In this document: one piece after another, positions 1 through 11,453 of the stretch
How the letters are laid out: each line of letters opens with the position of its first letter
Numbering within the stretch: position 1 is the first letter of the stretch
Origin: an uncultured Chloroflexia bacterium
Lineage (GTDB): Bacteria; Chloroflexota; Anaerolineae; Anaerolineales; E44-bin32
Assembly: GCA_963710255.1 (NCBI GenBank)
Contig: CAVPZJ010000004.1
Span: 149,279 to 213,278 of the forward strand
Reading direction: 5' to 3'
DNA: 64,000 nt
Made by a program: the position numbers and the translations under genes
Notes under the pieces: generated by a model
Told to the model about the DNA's origin: nothing
The model's input: the letters and a program-made list of their open reading frames with translations, nothing else
The model's database searches: none

Positions 1-827
1 AACGGAGCGGCGTGCTCAACCTGGGCGTTGAGGGCCAGATGCTGCTGGGCGCCTTTGCGGCTTTCTACCTGACGTTCACGACCGGCAACCTGCTGCTGGG
101 TGTCCTGGCTGCGATGGTGGTTGGCGGCTTGATGGGCTTGGCGATGGCCTTCGTGACGGTCAACCTGAAGGCGGAGCAGGGCATCAGCGGGATTGGGTTC
201 TACCTTTTCGGTCTGGGCCTGAGCGATTTGCTCTTCCAGCGCTTGCTGGGAACCGTCGAGACGGTGCGCGGCTTTTCCAGGATCCACATCCCCTTCCTGA
301 GTGATATTCCGCTCCTTGGAGAAATCTTCTTTAACCACAACCTGTTGGTTTACCTGGCCTTTGCGCTGGTGCCCATCGCCTGGTTCGTCCTGAACAAGAC
401 GACGCTCGGATTGAAAATACGTGCCGTGGGTGAGCATCCGGAAGCGGCCGATTCGGTCGGCGTGAGCGTCGCCCGGGTCCGCTACTTCACCATCATCCTG
501 GGCGGCGTCCTTTCCGGCGTGGCCGGCGCGTCGCTTTCGATCGCCCTGCTGAACGTCTTCCAGCAAAACATGACCAGCGGCCTGGGTTTTATCGCCGTGG
601 CGCTCGTGTATTTCGGCGGCTGGCGTCCGTGGGGAGTCCTTGGTGGAGCGCTGCTATTCAGCATGGTAAACTCGCTCCAGCTCTGGATCCAGGTCCTGGG
701 CATCCCGATACCTTCCGACATCGCGGTTATGATGCCCTATGTCCTGACGATCCTCGCCCTCATCCTGGCCGTCTCGCGGGTGCGAGCACCGTCTGCTTTG
801 ACCAAGCCATTTGGCCGCGACGAATAG
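1..827 (+). CDS. ABC transporter permease, nucleoside/BMP-associated type (5'-truncated by window edge)
   Basis: Hydrophobic ORF with (ERSG)VLNLGVEG, GLKIRAVGEHPEAADSVGVSV and GLGFIAVALVYFGGWRP motifs; the frame is open back to the window start; adjacent to BMP and ATPase genes. Confidence 0.9.
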   Translation, partial: RSGVLNLGVEGQMLLGAFAAFYLTFTTGNLLLGVLAAMVVGGLMGLAMAFVTVNLKAEQGISGIGFYLFGLGLSDLLFQRLLGTVETVRGFSRIHIPFLSDIPLLGEIFFNHNLLVYLAFALVPIAWFVLNKTTLGLKIRAVGEHPEAADSVGVSVARVRYFTIILGGVLSGVAGASLSIALLNVFQQNMTSGLGFIAVALVYFGGWRPWGVLGGALLFSMVNSLQLWIQVLGIPIPSDIAVMMPYVLTILALILAVSRVRAPSALTKPFGRDE

Positions 828-985
828 GCTGGCTCGAAACCAACCGACAGCTGCACCCTTGGAGGTGGACATCGCAACGAAACGAACCTGAGCCTGGGTA
901 CAAGATATCCGCAATGTGGAAACCGGTGATGGATGCCGGATTGGGAACATCCAAAATCTGAAACGTTTCAAGGAGAAGGAGAAGC

Positions 986-2962
986 ATGAAGAACAAAGTC
1001 TTTCAAAGCATGAGCGTGTTGCTGCTGGCTGCGCTGATCTTGAGCGCATGCGCGAGCGGCGCCGCCACCGAAGCGCCGGCAGCCGGCCCTGACGTGGAAT
1101 CAGGTCCGTTCCGCGTGGCAGTCGTGATGCCCAGCGCGATCAATGACCTGGCCTTCAGCCAGAGCATGTACGACGCCCTGGTCGCCATCCAGGAAATGAT
1201 GGGCGGCGAATCAGCGATGGAGTTCGTGTACTCGGAGAGCATGTTTGTGGTCGATGATGCAGCCGCGGCTATCCGTGACTACGCCGCCGAGGGCTACGAT
1301 CTCGTGATCGCCCACGGCTCGCAATACGGCAGCTCGCTGCAGGAGATCGCCCCGGATTTCCCGGAGACCTCCTTCGCCTGGGGCACAACACTCGACACCT
1401 TCGTCGACCAGGGCATCAACAACGTTTTTGCCTACGAAGCCGCATCTGACCAGGGCGGGTATGTGAACGGCGTGATCGCCGCCAGCCTATCCCAGACCGG
1501 CGTGATCGGCGTGGTCGGACCCATCGAGACCGGTGACGCCAAGCTCTATGTCGATGGTTTCGTCGCTGGTGCACATTCGGTGGATCCGGATATCGACGTC
1601 AACGTGAACTGGATCGGCTCGTTCTCAGATGTCGCGCTGGCCGCAGAAGCTGCCAACACGCATATCTCGGCCGGCGCGGACGTGCTCACTGGGACGGCCC
1701 AGATGGTCGTGGGAGCCGTCGGTGTCGCCGAAGAGAACGGTGTGCTCTGGTTTGGCACGCAAGCTGACCAATCGTCGCTTGCGCCCGGCGATCGTCGTCG
1801 CCAACCAGGTTTACCGCTGGGATGTCGTGCTCGAAGACATCGTCGCCCAGATCGAGTCTGGCACGCTGGGTGGGAAGGCCTATCGTATCGACCTGGCGAA
1901 TGGTGGTGAAGCGTCGTCTTCAACAGCAATATGACGCTGGATTCCGAAGTCACGATGCTGGCCCAGGCAACCATCGATGGGATCATCGACGGCTCGATTG
2001 TCGTGGGTGAGAGTGCGATGGGGATGGGGCTGCCCAGTTTTGAGGGGACGTTCCGTGTCGCGGTCGTGATGCCCAGTGCGATCAACGACCTGGCCTTCAG
2101 CCAGAGCATGTACGATGCGCTGATCGCCATCCAGGAGATGATGGGCGGCGAGTCAGCGATGGAACTGGTTTACTCGGAGAGCATGTTCGTCGTCGACGAT
2201 GCGGCAGCAGCCATTCGTGACTACGCAGCCGAGGGATACAACCTGGTTATCGCCCATGGCTCGCAGTACGGAAGCTCGCTGCAGGAGATCGCCCCCGACT
2301 TCCCGGAAACGGCCTTCGCCTGGGGGACGACGGTGAACACCTTTGCCGATGAGGGCATCGAGAACGTCTTCGCATATGAAGCCGCTTCCGACCAGGGTGG
2401 CTACGTGAACGGCGTGATCGCTGCCAGCCTTTCGCAAAGCGGCGTTATCGGTGTCGTCGGTCCCATCGAGACCGGCGATGCCAAGCTCTATGTCGATGGC
2501 TTCGTCGCCGGCGCGCTGTCGGTGAACCCGGACATCGATGTCAATGTGAACTGGATTGGTTCTTTCTCGGATGTGGCGCTGGCGGCTGAGGCGGCCAATA
2601 CGCACATTTCGGCCGGCGCGGACGTGCTCACCGGCACGGCGCAGATGGTGGTGGGTGCGATCGGCGTGGCTGAGGAGAATGGCGTGCTGTGGTTCGGCAC
2701 CCAGTCTGACCAGTCTTCGCTTGCACCGGACATCGTCGTCGCCAACCAGGTCTACAAGTGGGACGTCGTCCTGCTCGACATGCTGCGGCTCATCGCCGAC
2801 GGCACCTACGGCGGGCAGGCCTTCGTCATCGGCCTCGATAACGGTGGCGAGGTAATCGCCTTCAACGATGCCTTCTCGCTCGACGCCGGGGTCATGGACC
2901 TGGCGCAGGCGACCATCGATGGGATCATCGACGGTTCGATCGTCATCGATCTCGGAGAGTAA
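986..2962 (+). CDS. BMP family ABC substrate-binding lipoprotein with two tandem BMP domains (apparent frameshifts near 1790 and 1910)
   Basis: AGGAG RBS and lipobox LSAC. ORFs 986-1909, 1629-1934 and 1931-2962 join into two near-identical BMP domains (FRVAVVMPSAINDLAFSQSMYDAL...WIGSFSD...ATIDGIIDGSIV). The second domain has no signal peptide of its own. Confidence 0.85.
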
Positions 2963-2970
2963 GCAAACCC

Positions 2971-3008
2971 GGTCACTGCACGCTGGGGTCACCCAGCGTG
3001 CAGTGACC
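2971..3008. other. Perfect 17-bp inverted repeat (intercistronic stem-loop)
   Basis: GGTCACTGCACGCTGGG-gtca-CCCAGCGTGCAGTGACC just after the BMP stop codon; no U-tract. Confidence 0.8.
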
Positions 3009-3088
3009 ATCTTGAAGGATTGGCTTTTTGAGGACCATACCAGCCAACCCGGGCCGGTCAACGATCGATCTGTCCTGGAAGGATCTCG

Positions 3089-4658
3089 ATGGCGGATAAG
3101 GTGATACTCCCTTCGGGCAAACCCCGGATTGACACGCTCGAGATGCTCGGGATCGTGAAGCGTTTCCCGGGCGTCCTGGCGAACGACCAGGTGGATTTCG
3201 ACGTCCACGCGGGTGAGGTGCATGCCCTGCTCGGCGAAAACGGCGCAGGCAAAAGCACCCTGATGAAAATCCTCTACGGTCTGTACCAGGCTGATGAAGG
3301 CGAGATCCGCTTGAACGGCGCGCCAGTTTCCATTGCGTCCCCGACAGATGCGATCGCCCTGGGGATTGGCATGATCCACCAGCACTTCATGCTGGTTGAG
3401 AGCCTCACCGTCGCAGAAAACGTCGCGCTCGGATTGCCTTCAGCCCGCGGCCCGCTCACTGACCTGGATCGAGTATCCAAGCGTATCTTCGAACTGGCCG
3501 AGCTTTACAGCCTGCAGGTCGACCCGGACGCCTACATCTGGCAGCTCTCCGTCGGCCAGCAGCAGCGGGTCGAAATCATCAAAGCCCTGTACCGCGGCGC
3601 TGCGCTGCTCATCCTGGATGAGCCGACTGCCGTCCTTACCCCCCAGGAAGTCGACGAACTCTTCCAGGTTATGCGCCAGATGACCAAGGATGGGCACGCG
3701 CTCATCTTCATCTCGCATAAGCTGCACGAAGTGATTGAAATCTGCCAGCGTGTGACCGTGCTGCGTGACGGCCGGATGATCGGCAGCCGCCCCACGAAGG
3801 AAACCACGAAGGCTGACCTCGGGAATTGGATGGTCGGGCGCGAGGTGAGCTTCCGCCAGGAGAAAGTGGAGCATAAGCGGGGTGAACTCCGGTTAGTGCT
3901 GGAAGGGATCTCGGCCGATAGCGAACGGGGCACGCCCGCCTTGAAGGACGTCTCCCTGGAGGTCTACTCGGGCGAGATCCTCGGCATCGCCGGCGTCTCT
4001 GGGAACGGCCAGCGCGAGCTGGCGGAGGTCATCACCGGGTTGAGACCAGCCACCTCAGGGCGGGTTGTGCTCGAAGGAACAGATGTGACCCAGCTTTCAC
4101 CCGGTGAACGGACCGAGAAGATGATGTCCTACATCCCGGAAGAACGCATGCGTGACGGGATGATCAAGGAATTCACCGTCGCCGAGAATTTGATCCTGCG
4201 CGAACACAACAAACCGCCCTATGCCAGGTCAGGCTTCCTCGACCTGAAGGCAATCGAGAAGCACAGCGCGGCTCTGATCACAGCCTTCAATGTCAAGACC
4301 CCCTCCCAGGAGACCCTGGTGAAGAGCTTGTCCGGTGGGAACATCCAGAAGCTGGTGCTGGCGCGCGAGCTCTCGCGTGAACCGCGGGTCCTGATCGCCG
4401 CTCAACCCACGCGCGGGCTGGATATCGGGGCGACGGAGTACGTGCACCAGCAGCTCCTGCTCCAACGCGCAGCAGGGCACGGCCACGCTCATGATTTCCG
4501 AAGACCTGGATGAAATCCTGGCCATCTCCGACCGCATCGCCATCATCTATGAAGGCGAGATCATGGGCGTCATCCCGGCTGCCAGCGCCCGCCCGGAGGA
4601 ATTGGGGCTGTTGATGGCGGGCGTCAGGGAAGATGCTGCCCCTCCAGCACAAACCTGA
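3089..4658 (+). CDS. Sugar/nucleoside ABC transporter ATP-binding protein with two ABC domains (frameshift near 4475)
   Basis: GENGAGKST Walker A, LSVGQQQRVEI, LILDEPT, second LSGGNIQK and QPTRGLD. The C-terminus (ISEDLDEILAISDRIAIIYEG...LLMAG) continues in another frame to TGA 4656-4658. Confidence 0.9.
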
Positions 4659-4813
4659 AGCAGACCTACGCTCTCCATGTGATGGCTGGCACCGCCGGCT
4701 TAAATTTCATTTACTAGGCGACCTAAACATCCCCGTCATTCAACTTGCAGACGGGGTGTGTTGAAATGGGTTCAGAGAGCTGTGGGCTACTACCGCTCAA
4801 TCGCCGAACTGGC

Positions 4814-5470
4814 TTAATTCCCAAGTCCAGCGTCACGGGCGCGAATGATGGCCTGGGCGCGGTCGGCGACCTGCAGTTTGCTGAAGAGGTTTGAGACGTG
4901 GTTTCGAACAGTCTTGTTCGAGATGAAGAGCCTGCTGGCGATCTCCATGTTGTTGCTGCCGCTGGCGAGCAACTCCAGCACCTCGTATTCGCGCGCCGTC
5001 AGTTCCGGAAACGCACGTGCGTCCGCGGAGGGTTCTAGGGTGGTAAAGAAATTCATCAAGCGTTCAGCGATGCCTGGTCCGAATAACGCCTCGCCGGCGG
5101 CGACTGAGCGGATCGTACGCAGCATTTGCTCCTGGCCGGCGCCCTTCAGAACGTAGCCCCGCGCCCCTGCGCGCATGGCAGCAAATACCGAATCGTCGTC
5201 TTCCAGCATGCTGACCACGATTACGCCAATGTGTGGACTGGTGGAAATGATGCGGCGGGTTGCCTCGATCCCATTGATCCCGGGCATCTGAATATCCATC
5301 AGCACGATATCGGGCTGCAGGTCAGCCGCAGCCTCGATCGCCTGCTCCCCGTTCGCAGCCTGTCCCACGAGCTTGAAATCTTCCAATGAATCGAAGAGCG
5401 CTTGCAAGCCGTCACGGAAAAGTGCGTGGTCATCGGCAATCAGGATGCGAATTGCTTCGTCCATTTTCAT
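4814..5470 (-). CDS. NarL/LuxR family response regulator
   Basis: REC domain ([19 protein letters not shown]) plus LuxR HTH (LTAREYEVL...[14 protein letters not shown]). Confidence 0.95.
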   Translation of the reverse strand: MKMDEAIRILIADDHALFRDGLQALFDSLEDFKLVGQAANGEQAIEAAADLQPDIVLMDIQMPGINGIEATRRIISTSPHIGVIVVSMLEDDDSVFAAMRAGARGYVLKGAGQEQMLRTIRSVAAGEALFGPGIAERLMNFFTTLEPSADARAFPELTAREYEVLELLASGSNNMEIASRLFISNKTVRNHVSNLFSKLQVADRAQAIIRARDAGLGN

Positions 5471-7563
5471 CCAACCATGTTGAGGGGAAGTGAGACCGAA
5501 ATGCGGGTACCACCAACCGGTCGTTGATCGATCTGGAAACTTCCCCCGAGTTCCGACGATCGTTCGCGCATGGAGGTGATCCCGACGCCCGGCTTGAGGT
5601 TCCGCGGGAGCCCGCTCCCATCATCTTCGATGCTCAGTTCCAGGGCTTGGGCTGCCTGAATACGGACCCAGCAGTGTCGTGCGTTGCCGTGTCTGGCAGC
5701 GTTGTTGATCGCTTCCTGAATGATACGAAAGGAAGCTACTTCAACTGCTGCCGGCAGTTCGGGCATCTGGGATGGCCCGTCTATGTAGACTTGCGTTCCC
5801 CCCTCTCTAAAAGCTGCCGCATGCTCCTGCAGCGCGGACATCAAACCTAATTCATCAAGTGCGGGCGGACGCAGGTTGTACACAAGGCGGCGGATGTCGT
5901 CGACGGAGTCCCGAATCTGCTGTTTCGACTGATCCAAAAGCTCAGCCGCCCTCTCTGGCTTACTGCCCAGGAGATTACGCGCTGCGTCGAGCTTGAGGGA
6001 GAGGCTGGCCAACTGCGGACCTAGACCGTCGTGGAGATCGCGGCGGATGCGCCGACGCTCCTCCTCAAGCGCTCGGACAAGCCGTTGACGTGCCCGCAGC
6101 AGGTCGACGGTGAGATGCGCGCTGTAAGCGACCGCACCGGCTTGCTGAGAGATGTTTTCGAGCAGTCGCCAATCCTTCGGCGTCAGCTCTTCGTCGGTGG
6201 TCCTGCGCGCGACAAACATGGTGCCCACAGGTTGACCTTGAAACGTGAGGGGGATTCGCTCCGGCGTTTCAACGGGCATGCCGTACGCTGCCGTCGGGGC
6301 TTTCTGGTCCCCGAGCGAAATGGCGACGTACGGCAGCTTGAGGGCTTGTGCAAGCGTTTCGACGATCCCATTAAGCGTGGCTTCAGGGGTCGAGGTTTTT
6401 CCAAGGCGATCAGCGAGTTTTGAGAGTATGGCGACTGGGTCATCCCGCTCGCCGTACATCATGCGGTTGACCGCTTGCTGCAGCCGTGCCCGTAGCGGTT
6501 GGAAAGCGAGCACGGCGCTGGCTGTGGCGAGGATTGACACCAGTGAAGAGCGGGTATCCCGGAAAAGGTACCCCAGGCCGGCGATGACCACGATGTAGAG
6601 CGCGCTGATGGCGAATGTCAGACTGGCGAATACCAGGGTGCGGTTGATGAGGAAATCGATGTTCCATAAACGGAAGCGGGTGATGGAAATCGTTAATGAA
6701 AGCGGTGGGAGAGCGAGCGAAATCCACCAGAGCAACTCACTCAAGGATGCCCACCAGGGTGTGGATGATCCTGCTGGTAGCGAAGTTAAGTAGAGATAGG
6801 GGCCTGTAGAGACAACGATCCATACGAACCAGAGTACAAACCCAAACACGACCCACTTCGTCTGCTCACGTTCGGTCTCCGTGGATATGTTACGGTAGCG
6901 ATAAACCTGGGCATACATGCTGAACAAGATCAATATGGCAAAGCAGAAACCCAAGATGGCGTATGTGATTGGTTGGTCGCGGACCTGACTGCCTTCATAG
7001 GGGCCAAGGAGGATAAGTGCGATTGCCATCGGGATGGAACCAAGCAGAATCCAGCGCATCCATTTAGGTTCAAACCGCCCGTTTGGAAAAAGTGCAAAAA
7101 GTGCGATTGTCGGGGAGGACATCAGCAATGCCTGGAAAACGCTGGCAAAACTGGCCGTTCCAAACCAGTAGTTCGCCCAGAACTCCAGCGGACCGGCCAT
7201 GATGATCCCGTACCCTAAAAGGTAGAGCGAAAGGGCGGCGACGGCCGGTTCTTCGAATCTGCGTTGGAACAACATAAGGGCAAGACCGAGCGAGAGCAGG
7301 CTGGTTACAAGTGACGCCGCTCCGCCTCCGATGGCGAGGAAGTGGGACAGGCTACCGGGCTCTCCCCCTGCGCTGTGTGAGAGCGTGCCTGAAAATCTAG
7401 AGAAATACCCGGGAAGGGATGTGACGAGGATGGCTGTGGCCATAATCGCCAGCAGGATCCATCCCCATCTTGCCACACGCAGACGTTGTCCTTCAAGACG
7501 TGCAGGCGATTGAGGATCAGACTGCGCCTCGGAAGCGCCAAGTACCAGGACACCCTCATTCAT
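5467..7563 (-). CDS. Membrane sensor histidine kinase (multi-TM, GAF, HisKA_3, HATPase)
   Basis: Many TM helices, [17 protein letters not shown]-box, [11 protein letters not shown]-box, DDGSG and [10 protein letters not shown]. Overlaps the response regulator start; likely start is MNEG at 7563. Confidence 0.93.
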   Translation of the reverse strand: MNEGVLVLGASEAQSDPQSPARLEGQRLRVARWGWILLAIMATAILVTSLPGYFSRFSGTLSHSAGGEPGSLSHFLAIGGGAASLVTSLLSLGLALMLFQRRFEEPAVAALSLYLLGYGIIMAGPLEFWANYWFGTASFASVFQALLMSSPTIALFALFPNGRFEPKWMRWILLGSIPMAIALILLGPYEGSQVRDQPITYAILGFCFAILILFSMYAQVYRYRNISTETEREQTKWVVFGFVLWFVWIVVSTGPYLYLTSLPAGSSTPWWASLSELLWWISLALPPLSLTISITRFRLWNIDFLINRTLVFASLTFAISALYIVVIAGLGYLFRDTRSSLVSILATASAVLAFQPLRARLQQAVNRMMYGERDDPVAILSKLADRLGKTSTPEATLNGIVETLAQALKLPYVAISLGDQKAPTAAYGMPVETPERIPLTFQGQPVGTMFVARRTTDEELTPKDWRLLENISQQAGAVAYSAHLTVDLLRARQRLVRALEEERRRIRRDLHDGLGPQLASLSLKLDAARNLLGSKPERAAELLDQSKQQIRDSVDDIRRLVYNLRPPALDELGLMSALQEHAAAFREGGTQVYIDGPSQMPELPAAVEVASFRIIQEAINNAARHGNARHCWVRIQAAQALELSIEDDGSGLPRNLKPGVGITSMRERSSELGGSFQIDQRPVGGTRISVSLPLNMVG

Positions 7564-7648
7564 CTCGATATTGTACCGTGCGTCATCGCGCATCCAGCCA
7601 AAGCCCTGGGGCAATCTGGGGGGCAGACCGGCATGAAAAGATAGTTCT

Positions 7649-8689
7649 CTATGGGATCTCCCGACTTGGGGAACCTTCCCCACTCCCCTGGTTCTCTAGG
7701 ATGATCATTGAGTTCCAGATTCCGCCAAGATTTACCGAAAGTTTTTCCCAGCTTTCACCGTAATCAGGGGAATGCCAGACGTTTCCACCCTTTAACCCGA
7801 CGAAGAGATGGCCAGGAACTTCAGGGAGAGTCTTCAACACCGTTGGGGTTTCATCCAGGGGGTGCGGCATCCATCCGATCGGGTGCCAGCCCTCGCCCTC
7901 CCGCCGGTAGAGGTAGACCGAGGGAGCGTTCCCGAATGCGTTCCCGGGGCTGGAACCCACACAGACGTACCAGCGGTCCGGATGGGAGGCATCGGCGGCG
8001 CAAACGATTCCGTAATGCTTCTCCAGACCGCGACCGGCCTTGTGCCAGGTCTTCCCTCCATCGCGGCTGAAGCTTGCCCCGCCGCCTGATCCTCCAGCCT
8101 GGTAGGCCCAGTTGCCGTCCCCTGCGTTGAACTTCAGCGAGTGGCAGTCGCGCAGCGTACCGCGCAGGTGCCGGGACCAGGTCTCTCCACCGTCCTCGCT
8201 GCGGACGACAGCCCCGAACTCGATGCCGGCGAGGACGACCTGGGGTTCGTTCGGGGAGGGGGCAATGGAGATTACGTAGGGACGCCAATCGGGTGGCTCG
8301 GCCGGGGAAAACCACCACCAGCGATTGGGGATGCGCCGGAAGGTTTCGAGTTCATGCCAGCTCCCGCCGCCATCCAGGGAGCGAAAGAGCGTGGCCGGCT
8401 TCGATCCGGCGAACAAAATTCGTGGATCATGTGGGCTAACAGAGAGCGACTTGATCGGGTGACCTCGCATGCCGATCGAAGTCCAGGTTGTTCCCATGTC
8501 CGCCGAACGCCATATTCCCGCATCACTCGTCCCCGCATAGACCACCTTCGAATTGGTTGGGTCTCGCTCAAGGCAGGTGACGTGATGCTCGGCCAGAGTC
8601 TTGTCCACCGACCACTCATCCCCCACCCCCTCTACAGCCCGAGTGACACCCTTATCATAACAAGCCAGGATTATTCGTTTTGAATCCAT
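7649..8689 (-). CDS. BNR/Asp-box repeat beta-propeller protein (YCF48/sialidase-like fold)
   Basis: Repeated SxDxGxTW motifs (SADMGTTW, SLDGGGSW, SEDGGETW, SRDGGKTW, SPDYGESW); no signal peptide. Confidence 0.85.
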   Translation of the reverse strand: MDSKRIILACYDKGVTRAVEGVGDEWSVDKTLAEHHVTCLERDPTNSKVVYAGTSDAGIWRSADMGTTWTSIGMRGHPIKSLSVSPHDPRILFAGSKPATLFRSLDGGGSWHELETFRRIPNRWWWFSPAEPPDWRPYVISIAPSPNEPQVVLAGIEFGAVVRSEDGGETWSRHLRGTLRDCHSLKFNAGDGNWAYQAGGSGGGASFSRDGGKTWHKAGRGLEKHYGIVCAADASHPDRWYVCVGSSPGNAFGNAPSVYLYRREGEGWHPIGWMPHPLDETPTVLKTLPEVPGHLFVGLKGGNVWHSPDYGESWEKLSVNLGGIWNSMIILENQGSGEGSPSREIP

Positions 8690-8719
8690 TCGACCCTCTC
8701 CGTGATGATAAAGAAGAAT

Positions 8720-9247
8720 CTACGTAGACAGCAAGCGCCTTCGGAGTTCGATCGCCCAGAAAGGGTAGCCGAACACGAGACCTGCGAAGATGGCCCCGGT
8801 GGTCCCCTTCGGGAGCCGGTCATCTTCTCGGCCGGCGCGCTCAATGAGGACGAACCATAAGGTCACAATCAGAAAGGCAGGGATCACCATCACGATCTGC
8901 TGTCTGAAAGGCAGGATGTCGAAGACCAAAAGGGTTTGGAGCACGATGACTGCAAGGATGCCTCCCAGCCCAAGGGCGACCACAAAAGCACTCAGCGGCC
9001 GACCGGCGTTTCGCAGTAAATCGTGAATATGGAGGGCTACCGGCAACATCAGGCTGTACTGGATGATGACGGCGATGTCGTTGAGAGTCCCGAAGACACC
9101 AATCCCAGCGTAAAAGATGATTATGAACGCGATTCCGAACGCGGCCGCGATGGCGCTTGCCATTGCACACCAGGCGGCAAGGCGGGTGCGCTTTTCCCGC
9201 GCCGCGGTCGCGCTACCTGCTGCAGGGGAGATCGGATCACTGGACAT
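8720..9247 (-). CDS. Hypothetical integral membrane protein
   Basis: About 5 hydrophobic segments; tightly packed with its neighbours in an operon. Confidence 0.7.
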   Translation of the reverse strand: MSSDPISPAAGSATAAREKRTRLAAWCAMASAIAAAFGIAFIIIFYAGIGVFGTLNDIAVIIQYSLMLPVALHIHDLLRNAGRPLSAFVVALGLGGILAVIVLQTLLVFDILPFRQQIVMVIPAFLIVTLWFVLIERAGREDDRLPKGTTGAIFAGLVFGYPFWAIELRRRLLST

Positions 9248-9250
9248 GGT

Positions 9251-9727
9251 CTATCCCTTCATTTCCTGTGTTGGACGACGAAGCTGGAGCCCGAGCGTGA
9301 TAAAGGCCAGCAACCCAAGGACCAGGTTCAGCGTGTTGGCCAGGTTGAAGATACCGGCCTCCGCCTGGCAAGAAGCCGGGCAGTAGAAGAAGAGCCAGCT
9401 CACCGGGATGACAAGCATAACCAGCAGGTTGAGGACGAAAGTCGCGACAAGTGCCGGTCGGCTTCCCTGCCAGGCAAGCGCCAAGGCCCATGCCCATCCA
9501 CCGAAGAGCAGGGCGAAGATGAGTGCAGCCATTTGCAAGTACAGCGGGTCCTTGAACTCGACCGGCAGCACGAACATGGCATCGAGAAAGCCTCGCCATG
9601 CTTCGCTCAAGATTGCCAGCGCGGTTATCGTCACAGCACCGTTTAGAGAAATAATCCAGCGTCTCACTATAAACCTCCGAAGTAGGGGATGGAGGACCAA
9701 ATGCCCTCCATCCCGGCGATTATTCAT
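9251..9727 (-). CDS. Hypothetical 4-TM membrane protein with a CPASC loop
   Basis: Hydrophobic segments; ATGA overlap with the cytochrome c gene. Confidence 0.7.
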   Translation of the reverse strand: MNNRRDGGHLVLHPLLRRFIVRRWIISLNGAVTITALAILSEAWRGFLDAMFVLPVEFKDPLYLQMAALIFALLFGGWAWALALAWQGSRPALVATFVLNLLVMLVIPVSWLFFYCPASCQAEAGIFNLANTLNLVLGLLAFITLGLQLRRPTQEMKG

Positions 9728-10614
9728 GGAACGGGGGGAAGTGTCTGAAGGAAGGCCCAGATCGCCTTCAGTTCAAGGTCCGTCATCTGTCCCGTCATCG
9801 GCCAGGGCATGGCCCCTGGGTCAAGCATTTTCCCGTCAGGCGTCCTGCCAGTCCGCAAAGCCTGGATGAAACCGGCTTCATCCCAGCCGGCCAGGTCACC
9901 GGCCGGTGTCAGGTTCGCCGATTCAAGTGAACCGGGTGCGGCGCCCGGGATCGGCCCACCAGCATAGTCCGCCCCATGACAACCGGTGCATGAAACCGCC
10001 AGGTATTCCCCGTATGCTGCCTCGGCGGCAGGCTCGGGTGGGTTGGGCCGGCTGGCCTGATGGTCGATGATCTCCGCCGCAAGCGGGGGGAGCTGACCGG
10101 CAAGAAAGAGCAAGCGGGCGAACAAGGTCAGGCGGACCGGCGGCACTTCCTGGTCAACAGGGGGTACGCTGCGTATGTAGGCCACAAGCGCATTGACATC
10201 TGCATCACCCAGCAGGGCGTACTCGGCAGATGGCATGACAAGCAATGCTCGACCATCTTGAGCTATACCATGGCGGATCGCTCGTGCCAGGTCGTCATCG
10301 GAGTAGCTCGTGCCGACCCCCCCTTTGCCAGACGTGAGATTTGAAGCGTAAATGCTTCCCAACATCGCATCCTCTACCACAGCCGAACCGCCCAGGTTCG
10401 CACCATGACAATCCGTACAGCCGCGAATCAGGGCCAGGTGTTCTCCTTTGGCGGTGATTTCCTCATTGGTCTCAAACGGTATTTGTTGCCGGGGAACTTC
10501 AAAGGTCGCATCGAGCCGGCCTTCGCTGAGGATGAAAATTGTAACTCCCGCAAGCAGACCCACTCCAATCAACCCGCCGACAACAACCCCAGCTCGCTTT
10601 AAAAATACCTGCAT
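9724..10614 (-). CDS. Membrane-anchored diheme cytochrome c
   Basis: N-terminal TM, two CxxCH motifs (CTDCH, CTGCH), NLT motifs and distal Met ligands (VMPS, AMPW); AAGGAG RBS. Confidence 0.92.
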   Translation of the reverse strand: MQVFLKRAGVVVGGLIGVGLLAGVTIFILSEGRLDATFEVPRQQIPFETNEEITAKGEHLALIRGCTDCHGANLGGSAVVEDAMLGSIYASNLTSGKGGVGTSYSDDDLARAIRHGIAQDGRALLVMPSAEYALLGDADVNALVAYIRSVPPVDQEVPPVRLTLFARLLFLAGQLPPLAAEIIDHQASRPNPPEPAAEAAYGEYLAVSCTGCHGADYAGGPIPGAAPGSLESANLTPAGDLAGWDEAGFIQALRTGRTPDGKMLDPGAMPWPMTGQMTDLELKAIWAFLQTLPPVP

Positions 10615-10684
10615 AACACGCTCCTTTTGAATATGGGTGCTCCAAGCCTACACTGCGGGTTGTCCCGTCGTCACGGGGCTGGTG

Positions 10685-10710
10685 TCCCGATTGGGTCGGG
10701 AACTTTTCCC
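10685..10710. promoter_or_regulatory. Candidate response-regulator binding site (GGGAA-N3/4-TTCCC type dyad)
   Basis: TCCCGATTGGGTCGGGAACTTTTCCC upstream of the cytochrome operon resembles TCCCGACTTGGGGAACCTTCCCC at 7659-7681, upstream of the kinase. Confidence 0.4.
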
Positions 10711-10793
10711 GCGTGAGACTCAGGCTCGGGTGGACAGGTTGTAAGCAGCCTGTAAGCCCACGCGCAATCATCACGCCCTATGATGGTGGGGTG

Positions 10794-11453
10794 ATGACCG
10801 ACACCGAGATCCGTCAAATGCCTGCGCTTCAAGCCGATGCGTGGCCGGCAACAAAGGCTAGTGCGGCGCGCCTGGCAGCTACAACGGGAAATCCATCCGG
10901 CCCCGAGCCTGACCCCTTGAAACAGCTCGTGAGGATGATCTTCGAACGGGAGCTCAGGCGTATGCATTCCATGCCTGCCAGCCCGGAAGAACTCCCCGGT
11001 CATGCAAGCGCCGAAGGCATCGATCCCGCACTGCGCAAGCTCCTGGGGAAGCACTATCCAGAGCTGAGGAGCCGTTTCCGCTGGCGATTGGCTTGCCTCA
11101 CGCGCCGTTCCCACTTGCTCCAGCTCAAGGTTCACAGCATGCGCGAGCTTTACCGCTTGCTCTTCCGACAAGCGCTGAAAGAGGAAAACTTGAGCCTGGA
11201 CGCGGTCTCTAACCTGGGAGAACTTGAGCTCAGACAAAGGTTGGGGGAGACCTTCTGCCAGTTTATGGCCTTTCTGCGCGATGCCTCGTCCGCGAGCGGT
11301 GGGAAGACGGATCAACTCGAAAACTTGCTGGCCTGGTTCGACCGGCAGGTCCAGGCCTGGCTCGAGTGGTGTGTTTCGCTCCTGCCCTACCACGCTCCAG
11401 CTTTGAGCGAGCAGGACCCACAGGCAATCCTGGTGCGGGCAGTACGGCGTTAG
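10794..11453 (+). CDS. Hypothetical helical protein
   Basis: Long ORF divergent from the cytochrome operon; start chosen at MTDTE; no recognisable motif. Confidence 0.55.
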   Translation: MTDTEIRQMPALQADAWPATKASAARLAATTGNPSGPEPDPLKQLVRMIFERELRRMHSMPASPEELPGHASAEGIDPALRKLLGKHYPELRSRFRWRLACLTRRSHLLQLKVHSMRELYRLLFRQALKEENLSLDAVSNLGELELRQRLGETFCQFMAFLRDASSASGGKTDQLENLLAWFDRQVQAWLEWCVSLLPYHAPALSEQDPQAILVRAVRR

